The notes under the pieces were generated by a model. The model searched no databases, had not been told where the DNA came from, and worked only from the letters and a program-made list of their open reading frames with translations. Made by a program: the position numbers and the translations under genes. A stretch of 64,000 nt of DNA from Pecten maximus (Eukaryota): NCBI RefSeq assembly GCF_902652985.1, contig NC_047031.1:15376001-15440000 (forward strand). Direction: 5' to 3'. Of the stretch, positions 11,707 to 24,362 are shown piece by piece (within the stretch, counting starts at the first letter, position 1; each line of letters begins with the position of its first letter).

Positions 11707-12042
11707 ACAAGTGCAATCAATGATTGCGAAAGCTCACCGGTGGCAGCAATCACACTATGCATTCATTTTTTATGTATGCATAAGCATGTCATTTTGAAAT
11801 TGTATGTCACATAATATCTCTCCTAGACCTCTAATGGATGTATAAACCAAATAAGAAGAGTGTGGACTTACAAGCTTTTCAAAACTAACCCCCAAAATCT
11901 TTAAAGCGTGTTTTTGTGCCAAAAAAAGTAAGAACATCACTCCTAGACCTCTAATGAATGTATAAACCAACTTTGAAGGGCGTGAAGTGTAAACTGTTGG
12001 ACTTATAAGCTTTCCAAAAACTTAGTAACCGGTGAGCTAAAA
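11707..12042. mobile_element. Non-autonomous Helentron (HINE)-like element
   Basis: Subterminal inverted repeat agctcaccggt (11731) / accggtgagct (12028) followed by an A-run; short palindrome gcaatc-aat-gattgc near the other end; 120-bp internal tandem units (11821, 11941). Confidence 0.55.
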
Positions 12043-12727
12043 AGCAATAAAGATCCAGAAAGTAAAAAACTTAAGATTTGAATAAATGTAGGGTTTTCAC
12101 ATCCACAGAGTACACCAAAACATTGAAATTCATGTAATCTATGTATGTACAAGGTATCTACATGCATATTCTTATTTCTAGGTTTGAATGAAATCTGAGT
12201 TAAACATTTAAGATTTTAGACCAGATTCCCAGCATCCCTGATTTCCAGTCACCATAGAGAATCATGTCTGGATGATATTCCATATTTGAAGGGTGTATTG
12301 ATCAACTTTGTGGTTTAATTATATACGTATATATGTAATTTGGTAAAAGCTGCACTTATACTTTTTGACAGGCAGATCTAATAGAGTTTTTTTTTAAAGT
12401 GAAATGTTGAGGCCATTACAACTAAACATGTACCACTTTGCTTTTTGGACACAGGTGAGGCAAAAACTGTTATTTTAACTCAAAATCAATTAAAAGAGGG
12501 CAAAATTTTAACAATATTTTGATCGCCATGGAGTCTATTAAAAAAGAATTAGGAGAATAACATCACATTCTGTTATGATACATCAAATCTCTTTTATTTA
12601 TCTCAAATCAACTCAAGTGTAGAGTTACCTCCCTCTAACTCCAGTCTAGAATTAACTTATTCATGATTTTATCTTACCACAAACATCAACTCAAACTGAT
12701 ATTGTTTCCTTGATGACTTCGCCTTAC

Positions 12728-12879
12728 CTTCCTGAAGAGTCGTTGACTACCTCCACCGGCCGCCACAGGGAAATAGATGTAAACATTGTGATCCTCGGCT
12801 GACACAGGCTTCTCTACAAAGGGTTTGTGAAACACCACGCCATTTACCTCGATACAGTCCTCCGCATCAGTGTACTGAC
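12728..12879 (-). CDS. PPIP5K: PPIP5K coding exon 4
   Basis: [50 protein letters not shown]; 152 bp, phase 1-0, canonical splice sites. Confidence 0.95.
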
Positions 12880-13194
12880 CTGCACAGATAAAAGTCAACA
12901 ACTAGAATTATTCTTATTTCAGAAAACAGGATAACATTCTCAAGAATCTATAAAACATTCTCAGTTAATCAGTAAAGTCTGTTTTGGGGTAATTGGTCTA
13001 CAGTACACATACTTTATACGAGTATTAATATTGATTATGAGTATATAATCTCATGGTATATAAATTAAAGCTACTCACACAGTTGTACTGAAAAGGTCCA
13101 TCAGTAAGGTACCATGTAATAATCTTATCTAGTTGCATTAAGTCACAATATAGAGGAGATTTAGATACCTTAGCGTACCACACTGTCTTAAATG

Positions 13195-13310
13195 TAAACT
13201 TGTCTTTGAATGGTTGGGTAATTATAAACCTGTCTCTGAGTGGTTGGGTGGTTGTAAACCTGTCTTTGATTGGTTGGGTGGTTGTAAACCTGTCTCTGAT
13301 TGGTTTGGTA
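13195..13310. repeat. 30-bp tandem repeat, about 4 units
   Basis: ttgtaaacctgtctctgattggttgggtgg-like units. Confidence 0.75.
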
Positions 13311-13687
13311 GTAGAGAGGATATTGTACTCACCTTTTCTCACCAGAGTTCAGCTCCCCAAATGGCAATGAATAAGTATGTGTTTACCTATAGCCAAACGT
13401 CGGATTTCCCCCAAGTACTACTGTACAGTTTTCCAAACATAATGACTCTTTCCCACATTCATACCCAGTGTTATCAACTCACCCTGTTGTTGTTGATCAA
13501 TATATAATGCATTCATTCTGAAGATAAATTATGTAGTTGTAACCAATTGTTTGAGTATCCAGAATCTATTGAAAATCACTGAAGTGAAGATGTTCATTAT
13601 TCAAATCTTTGTAAATATGTGACTGAACATTTTACAGTTTCATTTTCCGTCATCAATCAATGCTATATATTTCAGTATTAGACTTAC

Positions 13688-13776
13688 ATTTAGCCGTTCC
13701 ATTTCCCTCCCTGTTTAATATAGCATATCTGGGATGGATGATGCCTTCTGCTTCCAGCTTTTCATAAACCAATCTC
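13688..13776 (-). CDS. PPIP5K: PPIP5K coding exon 3
   Basis: RLVYEKLEAEGIIHPRYAILNREGNGTAK; 89 bp, phase 2-1, matches both neighbouring exons; aacag| and |gtaagt. Confidence 0.92.
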
Positions 13777-14205
13777 CTGTTGAACAATAAATATGTCATG
13801 AATTCAATAATAGTCTGATATAGGCAATGTAGTATAGAATCTCGAGATAATATCCACTACACCTCCAAGTGTCTTTTTGACACCCACAAATAAAATTTGA
13901 CCTTTGGTTTTGAAGAGAAATATCTATTTGATGTTTAATTTTGATTGACCGTAATTGGTACTGAAGTTTTTGAGAAGTCGAAAATGTGAAGATGTTAACA
14001 AACAACTGACGATGGACAACACACAATAATCGAAAATTGACTTTTCATATTGTTAAGAATGGTTGTTTGACTTCCAGAATCAGTAAAACCACAGGTCAAC
14101 ATGGAGATTATTTTAAATCACTGACTTTGTATGACTTATTTAGTTAACTAATATGATTTACTGGGGTCTCTAAATCACTATGTACGACTTGCGTAGATAC
14201 TTTAC

Positions 14206-14501
14206 CTGTCCAACAAAACTTTCTGAGCCTCCAAATCATTAACTATGTACGGCTTTCGTAGGTTTTTATACTCTATGGCTTTATCAAGAGGAAATCCCTG
14301 GGAGAAGAAAGATATGAGGACATCTACCACCGGCCACTCCTCGATGGGCTGATTTAGGATGACATCTTCCTCAAACACCAATGTTTTGATGTGTTCGAAT
14401 AACTCAAGACGCTGTAGAATCTCGCGCATGGGTTTTGAGTTACATTTTTTAGCCATGGCACACACGCCCACTGTGATGGCGGCAATATCTTCATGGCTCT
14501 C
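14206..14501 (-). CDS. PPIP5K: PPIP5K coding exon 2
   Basis: ESHEDIAAITVGVCAMAKKCNSKPMREIL…EEWPVVDVLISFFSQGFPLDKAIEY…DR; 296 bp, phase 0-2. Confidence 0.95.
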
Positions 14502-15087
14502 CTGTCAAAACGAAATAGATTTCAATTATTATTACCTATATATATGTACGCATTAAGGACTAGGAGGGAGACTTAAGATTTTGTACTGGTAATTTAGATA
14601 TGAACCAATGAAAAGATCTTATTTTTGTTATAATTTTAAAAATCAAATTAGTTGATAATTTTAGCTTCAAGTATGTAGTTGAAAAGCTTATTACAGCCAA
14701 ACCTTGTCATATTAGAGACCCTTATATACTGGACACCTGTCCATAACAGTCAAACCCAGTCATATTAGAGACCCTTACATAGCTAGTGGACACCTGTCCA
14801 TAACATACTTTTCTAAAGAAAGTATCAAATTGTGTGTTTTTTTAGGCTTGAAAACTTCAACAAATGAAGCTAAGTGTGCAGTACATGTTGTATTTGTGTT
14901 AAAGTGTCGGATAATTTAATATATCAAGACCAGATTATTGCAAGTAGCAGGAAACAGATTCAAGTTCCTCTCATTTTTGCAGAATTATTTACCAGGTACA
15001 TGTACTTGAAATAGTCAGCTTAAAGTGGTTCACAAATAAGCTCTCCCCCAAATGTTATATAAAACATTTTGCACTGAGTGTGTATGA

Positions 15088-15565
15088 GTGTTTCTACCAG
15101 TACCACAATACCCTGTGTTATTCAACTCTCAAACAATCAGTTAATCATTACAGCTGTTGATTAACAATCTGTTTATACCACACGTAGTATAAACTCTGTA
15201 TGCATTTTGATTGGATAACATGGTGAACTTTGACCCAAGCTGCAATTGTTATTGACGTCATCAATAATCTAATGACGTCACATCACCGGGTCCCGGACGT
15301 CACCGGGACACTTTATTTGCATACGCAAAATTATACTTGGACTCATTTTCCTTTGATTCAAGCAAATATTATTGTGGTAGAAACAGGTCACATGACTCAA
15401 AATTGTTGGATATTGAATATATTTCACACTCGTAAGTTATTTTTTAAAAGTTGCAAAAAACACTCGCTAAAGCTCGTGTCTAACTCTTTTGTAACTTTTA
15501 AAAAATAACTTACTTGTGTGAAATAAATTCAATATCCAACAACCACTCGTTGTGTAACCTTTATG
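15088..15565 (+). mobile_element. Crypton-like non-autonomous hairpin element, family 1
   Basis: Internal inverted repeat (…taccacaata / …tattgtggtagaaa) plus a ~60-bp-arm terminal hairpin with tip cac-tc-gct-aa-agc-tc-gtg; further copies at 33386-33790 (-) and 50523-50830. Confidence 0.6.
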
Positions 15566-15648
15566 TATGTGTGTGTTTGTGGGGTGGGGGCCCGGGCTTA
15601 TCTGTGGATAAATATAGTATGTATTACAATATAAAGCTAAAGTTTTAC

Positions 15649-15747
15649 CATATACAGCTGACTGAAGGCAGTGTCATCTCCAACAACAAAGATCGGGCGG
15701 GTTTCTTGGTCTTCCATACGTAGATATCCATGTTCAGACTCGGCCAT
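15649..15747 (-). CDS. PPIP5K: PPIP5K coding exon 1 (the exon with its 5'UTR spans 15649-15857)
   Basis: MAESEHGYLRMEDQETRPIFVVGDDTAFSQLYM; acaATGg context with an upstream in-frame TGA; phase-0 donor gtaaaa fits the next exon; strong polypyrimidine acceptor at 15858. Confidence 0.75.
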
Positions 15748-16071
15748 TGTTCTAGATGTCTCTACTTCCTGCCATCACCATAACCTCACTTGTCCACATC
15801 TCTCTGACATCTGCATCTCTTCGCAGCTACATCCTCACTGTCATGACACACCCAATCCTATAAAGAGACAAAGAAAGGAAAAGGGTGAATTCAACTACCA
15901 AAAAAAAATGTTTATGCGTGACAAGGGGAAAGATATTCAGTATACCACAACAACAGTGAAAACAAATCCTTTGTTTATTAAAATTTATAACAATCAACAT
16001 AACAGCATTTATTATGTAGATTTTAAATTTTTTGTAGCAGAACTGGACTGCATGGCCAATCATCAGCAACC

Positions 16072-16385
16072 AGGTAGCTCAGTTAGTTTGGTAGAGTGTC
16101 TATTTAGAACTGCTGTTAGAAAGGTCCATGGTTCAAACCCAGTTCTGCATGACTGCTACAATTTTTCTTTCTCCTGTTAATTACGTAATTGGCGAGCTTC
16201 GGAACCATTTTTTAAAACATTTGGAGTATATACGTTTAACAAGGATATACCCAAACTTTGGGTGAAGACTAAGAAAAAAGGAGAGAAGAATATAGCATAA
16301 CTAGACTTGGTGTCCGTCTATAGTTTGGAGGGTCCTGGGTTTGAACAACAGTATGGCTTCTACATTTCCTCTTTTTCATATTACA
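16072..16385 (+). repeat. Two degenerate tRNA-derived (SINE-head-like) segments
   Basis: gtagctcagttagtttgg…ggttcaaaccc (A/B boxes) at 16073-16140 and a more decayed copy at ~16293-16385 with a similar ctacatttt…tt tail. Confidence 0.45.
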
Positions 16386-17114
16386 AAATTTAATAAGTAA
16401 GTATCTGATTGATATAAAATAATTAATACTCCTCTCACCAAATCTAACAAAAAATCACAACCCTGACGTCCACACGTGTACCTGTACCTGACAAGTCAGA
16501 TACAGATACCAGCTAGGGGTAACCATATAATCTCAGGTACCTTGAAATTGGTTCTAATAAAATGTATGTTAAATGATTAAAGCACACCCTAGCCTGTACA
16601 TTTCAAGTTAATCAAAGAGTATATTACCATATATAGAGGGTGTTATATATTTTTTGTATTCTATATTTTATTAGAACCTGTGCACATGTGACCACAATGA
16701 CCTGAAAATGTGTTACATTATACGAGTTTTATCCATTATAACCTTCCTAGTACAGCTACTGTACAGTAGTGGGTTTTTTTTCAACTAAATAAAATTAAAC
16801 TGAAATGCCGACAACAACTGAGACAAATATGCGAGACATGCATATTCAGAGCAGAGTACATAAACATTGGTGTCCTTTGTACCGAGTTTTAATCTGGTTC
16901 CCCACAAACTGTCTGAAAATATGCTATTTACACAAAGGAAAGTCTAAATACACGTAAACTGCAACAAATTCTTCGACCCCAACGGGTCAAACAGCGGTCT
17001 TCATATTCCCGGTCTACAATTTTACATAAACTACATATTGCGTCTCATATGTGAATAATGTCGTTAATATTTGTTTTCAAAACAACCCTTCGTGGTAAAT
17101 TTAAGTAATATTAC

Positions 17115-17245
17115 CTGAACGTTTGCTTAAGACACTGCTAAAAGATCGAATTTCAGATCTTTCTCTCTTCAGCAGCCAACCGGAAGTAAACAAAAGTCAA
17201 AATTATGAGAAGATAACTCTGTCATCTCCATTTCCCGCCGGGAGG
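17115..17245 (-). promoter_or_regulatory. Putative PPIP5K non-coding exon 1 and promoter
   Basis: Donor cag|gtaata at 17115/17114; ETS/GABP motif CCGGAAGT at 17180-17187; E2F-like TTTCCCGC at 17231-17238; local CpG enrichment. Confidence 0.5.
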
Positions 17246-20052
17246 TTTAATTTGTTAAAAAAAATATTTACAAAAATCCAGATCCGTGATTTATAACATT
17301 CCGACCGGTATTAATATTTTTTTGTTGAAAACCAACAGAATGTTCAATTTTCGAATAATTAATATACTAGTCACTGATCAATCAGTACATTGTATAAAGT
17401 AAATCGTCAGATTAATATTGACATCACACAAATTGGGTTTAGTAGGGTTGCAGATACAAGTATACAAGTTAACTGATAACTATTGATATAAACTTAGTCA
17501 TAGTAATGAAAAATGATAGATAACTATTCGTCTTCATGTCACAGCCAAATGAATAACAAAATAACATTCACTGCTGCTGATCCGTTCATTTCCCCCCGAC
17601 GAGACAACAACAAATAGACAAAAACTCTGAGATATAGTACAAGGCATTTCAAATTTTGTCATAAAAATAAGAAAGAGATTGACTCTTAGTAGATCTACGT
17701 TTTTATTTCAGACATTTAATCATTTTCATTTAGATATGAAAATGTATTGTCCATTGATCATATTAATCTGTATATAATTTGTGTAATTAGTGCTAAGAAT
17801 ATGTCGTGAGTATAATATCAATCAATAGAGATAGATATGTTAGTGCTGATATTGCTGAAATAAACTTAAACAGAAACACATATCACATGTACATCTACAT
17901 CTACATCTGTATGTGATCTGACTAAAACGGTACAATTATGACAAACGTATGTTACTTCACATTACAATATATATTTGTTGCTATTTTATCACTATACTCT
18001 GTATAACTACATAGCTCTTTTAATGCATATTTGTACTGGAAAAAAGTTATATCTAAATAAATGAATACAATTCTGCTGCATGCTGTGTGAAACACAGGTT
18101 AATCTCAGGTCACTATACACAGGTAAAAAAGGAGAAAGGAGAACACACCATCTTGAACGAAACAGCATACCTATTGTAATTGCCTTCTCATTGTTTCCTG
18201 AAGAAAAAAACACCTATCTATTGTTTAAAAAGAATGTTGGCGTTCAGAGAACACCTCAACTGACAGAATAAGCTTACAAATTGTAAACTAGAATGTATAT
18301 GGGGTATGAGGTCGACTGGGTTTTTTCCGCTCTCTCGTAGTGTATTGTATAGGTTAACGAGTAAATACAATGTGTTATCTGCTACTAAAACCAAAAATAC
18401 TAGTCTACAACTACAAATTACATGTTGTATAATACCGTCAACAACAAAGTCGCCATAATGAGATCTGATAGGCTAATAGTCATTAGCTCTCCTATCAGAT
18501 ACTACACCATTCAAAAACCCTGACTAGAAAACTTAATTTTGTTTCCCAAAAACTACACATGGGTGTAACAAACTACCACCAGACATCGTCTCATGTCCCA
18601 CCACAGACTCATTTAAATCGGAGATCTACCGTCACTATACCAACACAGAGTAGAGCCAAATATTTTATCAAATTTGTATCCTTAAATACATGGAAAATCT
18701 TCTTCCTTTTCACTCCTCTCTGGCATTTTCCCTACAAATTGTTGAAGCTGGTCAGTATCAACATAGACAGACGGTGTTAAAACGTCTATAAACAGTGATC
18801 GATTTAAAACAGATATAGTCTTGATTGGAGTCTATATGTTTACCCAGAGTTAGATACTTTATGTTAGCTATAATGCCTACCTACCCCAGAAGTTTGAGCT
18901 TCTATAATTGGGGATAAAATAAAGTAAAAAGCTAGTTGCATCACGAAGAAACTATATCGTGCCCCGCCTCTAACAATCTTGACTTTTTCGTGGTACGTAG
19001 AGTATGTTTATACGTAATGTATATATGTATTATATTTACATTCTGTCGGGTACCTGGCTCTGGTATTGTACAAGTGATTTAAGAAGACCATTCAACTTGA
19101 CATCAACTTGACAGAAAGGATGACGGCAATTATGGAATGTAAAATAAGAGAGAGAGAGAGAGAGAAAAAGAGATCAGGGAAAATTTTAGAATATAAAAAA
19201 ACGGATACAACAAATGCCCACAAATAATCTTCACACATAAACAACACACCCGCAAAAATATCTACTCTAATTATAAAAGAAAAAAACAAAGACTTCGGGG
19301 ATTCAAATTCATTACTTTTATACCTGTACTCGGACACCATTTTAACCTGTTGCCTTTCCTTCCTGATATCGACTCTTCTGCAAATCAAAGGTCAACACGA
19401 AAGGTCACTCCAATGGGATTATGACTATAGGTCTTATAACCGATCTATCGCCAGATTTTGGTTATCGTTCTTGGTGTTAATTATGCGTGGACAGTTTTTA
19501 TACCGCGAGTGCAATTTTATGTTTTTGGTTTTTTTTTTGTGACGGGCAGTGCATATATATAGGTTGTCGGCGTTGTAGCATATTAAAACTGTATCATTTT
19601 GTAAAAGAGAATCGTTTGACTCCATTGAGAACAACTATCGGGTTTAAATGTACCCCTTGATAATCCCAATTATATAACAGAATCCTTATATTTAGGCTAT
19701 CATACATCCTACTATAGGGGTCAGAGTTCTCTCAAGTAGTGTCTTTTGTAGAGGTGAAATTTTATATCTTTTGTAAAAAGAAACACATTACCAGATATGT
19801 CTCTGACATTACTTTATTGAGAATAGCTACATGTCTATATTGTATGGGTACGCTATGTTCCTGCCACTTTTATGCTATGATGCTCGCCAGTGAGTATCGT
19901 GACCCTGTGGAATTAGTGCAGGTATGAGCTGTCTTCATTTATAAATTAATGCCTCTGGTGTGATTTATCTGTTGTTGCCCAGTCGCCTTCCTCCTTTTTT
20001 CATGTTGCCAAACCCTGGTATCATCACTATTGACACCGAACACAAGAGCATA

Positions 20053-20277
20053 CTGTAAACGTTGTTATTTTTGCGAGTGGTTAATTTCGCAATTTTTATA
20101 TGTAAACTATACGCGCGGGGGTAATTTTCGTGGGCGATCCACCTTATATTTCCATTTTAATTCGAGATTACGCAAATAAATATCACAATAATATACGCGT
20201 GGGTGAAGTTTTCGCGATCGTAAGGACTTTGAGTAATAAGCTTATTTTTTTCTCTCGCGTAAATTTCCACAATTACA
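20053..20277. mobile_element. TA-flanked MITE (Tc1/mariner-like), right end fused to a B-box/NHL gene fragment
   Basis: ta|ctgtaaacgttgttatttttgcgag… / …ctcgcgtaaatttccacaattaca; the expected final g-ta is replaced by gene sequence. Confidence 0.6.
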
Positions 20278-20810
20278 TTGTGGGCATGGTAAAACACATC
20301 TCCAAATTTACCACAAGAGGTCAGATGATGCTCTCTACAATGACTGCTGGAACTGGGAAACCATTAGTGTGCACACCACACAGGATCACAGAATGTCCCG
20401 TCACTCATAATGTCGCAGTGATTGATTTCAATGATAGAGATGATGGTGGTGATGGAAATAAACACGTTGTTGTCATGAATAAAGACTTCAAGGAACTGTT
20501 TGTATACAGAGGTGACATCCTCACTACATATAAAACACCAAAAACAGGAGGTAAACCATTTTACCCCCAGAGTGTGGTGTATGATAGTGTGGGGAACCTC
20601 ATCATAGGAGACAGTGACAACAACAGGGTCCTACTCCTCAGTGGTGGTGGTGAGTTCCTCAGGATCATACACACAGCCAGAGAGGGGACATGGGCCGTAA
20701 GTGTACACAAGGAGGGTGTCATATGGGCAGTGTTTTCCGGTGTTAAAGTAAAACTACTACAGTACAGTATATGTGATAGCTATAAACTACTACAGTACAT
20801 CAGTATGTGA
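20276..20810 (+). pseudogene. 5'-truncated B-box/NHL gene copy G1 (C-terminal propeller half)
   Basis: Near-identical to 23858-24362; begins abruptly at the MITE end; the reading frame extends one unit into the satellite. Confidence 0.85.
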
Positions 20811-21475
20811 TAGCTATAAACTACTACAGTACATCAGTATGTGATAGCTATAAACTACTACAGTACATCAGCATGTGATAGCTATAAACTACTACATTAC
20901 AGCAGTATGTGATAGCTATAAACTACTACAGTACAGCAGTATGTGATAGCTATAAACTTCTACAGTACAACAGTATGTGCTAGCTATAAACTACTACAGT
21001 ACAGCAGTATGTGATAGCTATAAACTACTACAGTACAGCAGTATGTGATAGCTATAAACTACTACAGTACAGCAGTATGTGATAGCTATAAACTACTACA
21101 GTACAGCAGTATGTGATAGCTATAAACTACTACAGTACAGCAGTATGTGATAGCTATAAACTACTACAGTACAGCAGTTTGTGATAGCTATAATCTACTA
21201 CATTACAGCAGTATGTGATAGCTATAAACTACTACATTACAGCAGTATGTGATAGCTCTAAACTACTACATTACAGCAGTATGTGATAACTATAAACTAC
21301 TACACTACAACAGTATGTGATACATGTAGCTATAAATTACTACAGTACATCAGCATGTGATAGCTATAATAAACCTACTACAGACAGCAGGATGTGGTAG
21401 TTATAAACTACTAAAGTACAGCTGTATGTTATAGCTATAATAAAAACCACTAGAGGACTGTAGTCTGTGATAGCA
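20751..21475 (+). repeat. 34-bp stop-codon satellite, about 21 units
   Basis: Begins within the last codons of G1. Confidence 0.95.
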
Positions 21476-22860
21476 TTTGTGAATTTTAGTATATACATCT
21501 AAGGTATAATGACCGAGATTCAAAACTAAGATGTTAAAATTGCCTTGGTGTTAAGCTAAAATATTTTTTTTTTAAATGAGGTATATAATTTTTGTAAGAA
21601 TTTTATATATTTTTTTAATTACAATTTCTTATTAAATTGTGTTAATATATCTTTCTGTTATCAGTTTTTTATATCTAGAGACAAAAGGAATTTACAAATG
21701 ACAAGCAACAACAATAACTTCAACTGTCAAAATCTGAGCCGTCCACCTAAACAGGTATGATCGAGTGATATCAGGTTTTTTTCAACGGAGTCGGAAATTG
21801 ACAAGCAGGACAAGCAAGAAACGAAATCTACATATCAAGTATGATAAATTTCTTCTCAAGAAATAGAAAATAAGAAGCATTGTTTAAAGGCCATTCACGG
21901 ACCGATCACCGACGAAGGGAAATTTCAACAGTTTCGCTCACCTACATATTTGAGTGATTATGACAAATGCTTCCCATTGGACCGTAATGACCTAAGCATT
22001 TTACCCAGTGAACTTGAACTCAGCCAGTTGACTTCTTGTTTCCTTTCGGCTAACAAAATATTCATTGGTGAAAAGATACAAAATTTGACCTTGACCTGTC
22101 TGCATTTTTGTGAATTGAACATCTTGATCAAATTTCATAAACATTGGTAAAACTTAATGTTAACAACCGTAATTAAATTTGTGAAATGGTCAAACAGACA
22201 GCTGGACGGACAGAGAGATTGTTTTTACTGGCACTGGTATCTCCCATATGGAGACCATTAAGTCGAAATCCTGCCATTCCATCAAAATAAAGGTTTGTAC
22301 TGTGAGGGAGACACTGGTATGGTGAGGGGAATAAGGTCTCCTGCATGGGCATTACTTGATCTCCATATAAAATAACAAATAATAATATAATGATATGTTT
22401 ATTTTTCGCCATCAAAAGCGACCTTGACCTCGGCAATTTCAGTCTGATATTTCACATTATTTCCATGTTAAATTTCAGAACTTTTGCTTTTTTGAATTCT
22501 TAGAAATTTCGTTGCAAACATTAGTGTTGACGGACAGACAGATCAAGCAAGATAGGTAAAGTAATAGCGTTCAGGGACAGACAGATCAACCAGGGTGGAT
22601 AAACGATACTACTATATCACTAGGTATCGGCTACACAACGCAATATGTATAGTGAATAACGAACACGAATCCTTTTACATGTGAATGTATCCTGAGGTCA
22701 TGTTGGAAAGTATTGCTGAGTAGAAGGAACCCTAACCCTGGTGTCTCAAGCTGTCATGGACCAGGATAAATGGGAGCTAGTGATGTCATAATCATAACAT
22801 GCAAATGATAATTATATCTGATATTACTGAGGTAGCATCATTGAAGGCCAGTTCAGGTCT

Positions 22861-23461
22861 ATCATTTCTCCCATACTTCACAGGGTTATCCGGCGAATAC
22901 TAGGGAAAAGATCAATCGATCTTACACAGTGTGGGTAAAAACAGCCAGCACGCGCAATATGACGCTGCTCACAATAACGTAACGTCATCATTTTACGTTG
23001 AGTAACCAAGTCGTAAATGATGACGTCATACATTTTGACGAACATTCCAAGGAGCATTGAAGATGGCGCGACGAAAAACTTTCATAAAAACTTACGTTTG
23101 GTTGCAAGTATGTGTGATGAAATAATCAATCACGGGTCTGTTCCGCGAACAAGGATATATCAACCCTCGTGTAAGAGTTTGGCTGGCCAGCACTCGGCAA
23201 GCCTCGTGCTGACTGGCCAAACTCTTACACTCGGGTTGAGATATCCCTGTCCACGGAACAGACCCATGGTAGATTATATTATTCTCCCATACTTCACAAG
23301 GTATTCGGCAGTTGCTAGGGAAAAGATAACTCGATCTTACACAGGGTGGGTAAAGACAGCCGGCACGCGCTATATGACGCTGCTTACAATAACGTAACGT
23401 CATCATTTACGTTGAGTAACCAAGTCGTAAATGATGACGTCATCAATTTTGACGCACATTC
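22861..23461 (+). mobile_element. Crypton-like hairpin element family 2: one full unit (22861-23280) plus a truncated second unit
   Basis: Inverted repeat tttctcccatactt / aagtatgtg…aaa, then a ~70-bp-arm hairpin with tip cac-tc-ggc-aa-gcc-tc-gtg; head-to-tail junction at 23280/23281. Confidence 0.65.
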
Positions 23462-24362
23462 AACACCAGGTTATCAGGAACAATCCTCTACACAACACTC
23501 AGGAGATAAAGGGAGGAAACCAGTGACCAGGTATAAACTACTGTCAAAGACCAAGGTGATGAAGAAGTGGAAGTCTCCATATTACATTAGTTCTATATGT
23601 CCTACATCAGATGGTGAGGCCTGGACCAGTGATTACAGTGAAACATTAACTCTCCTGGACAGGAAGGGTACAGTAATACAGATGGTCACACACAAGGCTG
23701 TGATCAATGACATCAGTCTGTCACCAACATCACACAGACTTTGGGTTTGTGATAGTAGAAACAACATCATGAAGCTGGCATCAACAGGACAACTAACACA
23801 CAGATTCAGAACCAAGAAGCTCCCAAAATGTATATGTGTTGCAGCCTGTAGTGATGTCATCGTGGGCATGGTAAAACACATCTCTAAATTTACCACAAGA
23901 GGTCAGATGATGCTCTCTACAATGACGGCTGGAACTGGGAAACCATTAGTGTGCACACCACACAGGATCACAGAATGTCCCGTCACTCACAATGTCGCAG
24001 TGATTGATTTCAATGATAGAGATGATGGTGGTGATGGAAATAAACACGTTGTTGTCATGGATAAAGACTTCAAGGAACTGTTTGTATACAGAGGTGACAT
24101 CCTCACTACATATAAACAAACACCAAAAACAGGAGGTAAACCATTTTACCCCCAGAGTGTGGTGTATGATAGTGTGGGGAACCTCATCATAGGAGACAGT
24201 GACAACAACAGGGTCCTACTCCTCAGTGGTGGTGGTGAGTTCCTCAGAATCATACACACAGCCAGAGAGGGGACATGGGCCGTAAGTGTAGACAAGGAGG
24301 GTGTCATATGGGCAGTGTTTTCCGGTGTTAAAGTAAAACTACTACAGTACAGCAGTATGTGA
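23462..24362 (+). pseudogene. 5'-truncated B-box/NHL gene copy G2; propeller-only ORF intact from ATG 23559 (267 aa)
   Basis: Homologous to residues ~228-552 of 29812-31470; lacks the B-box and coiled coil; fused in frame to hairpin-element sequence. Confidence 0.8.

Noticed and set aside
16072-16145. Functional tRNA gene
   Set aside because: A/B boxes are present but the D-arm has an insertion and the acceptor and anticodon stems do not pair; treated as SINE-derived.
20130-20275. N-terminus of the 226-aa ORF as real coding sequence
   Set aside because: Starts at GTG inside a MITE; homology to the family begins only at ~20276.
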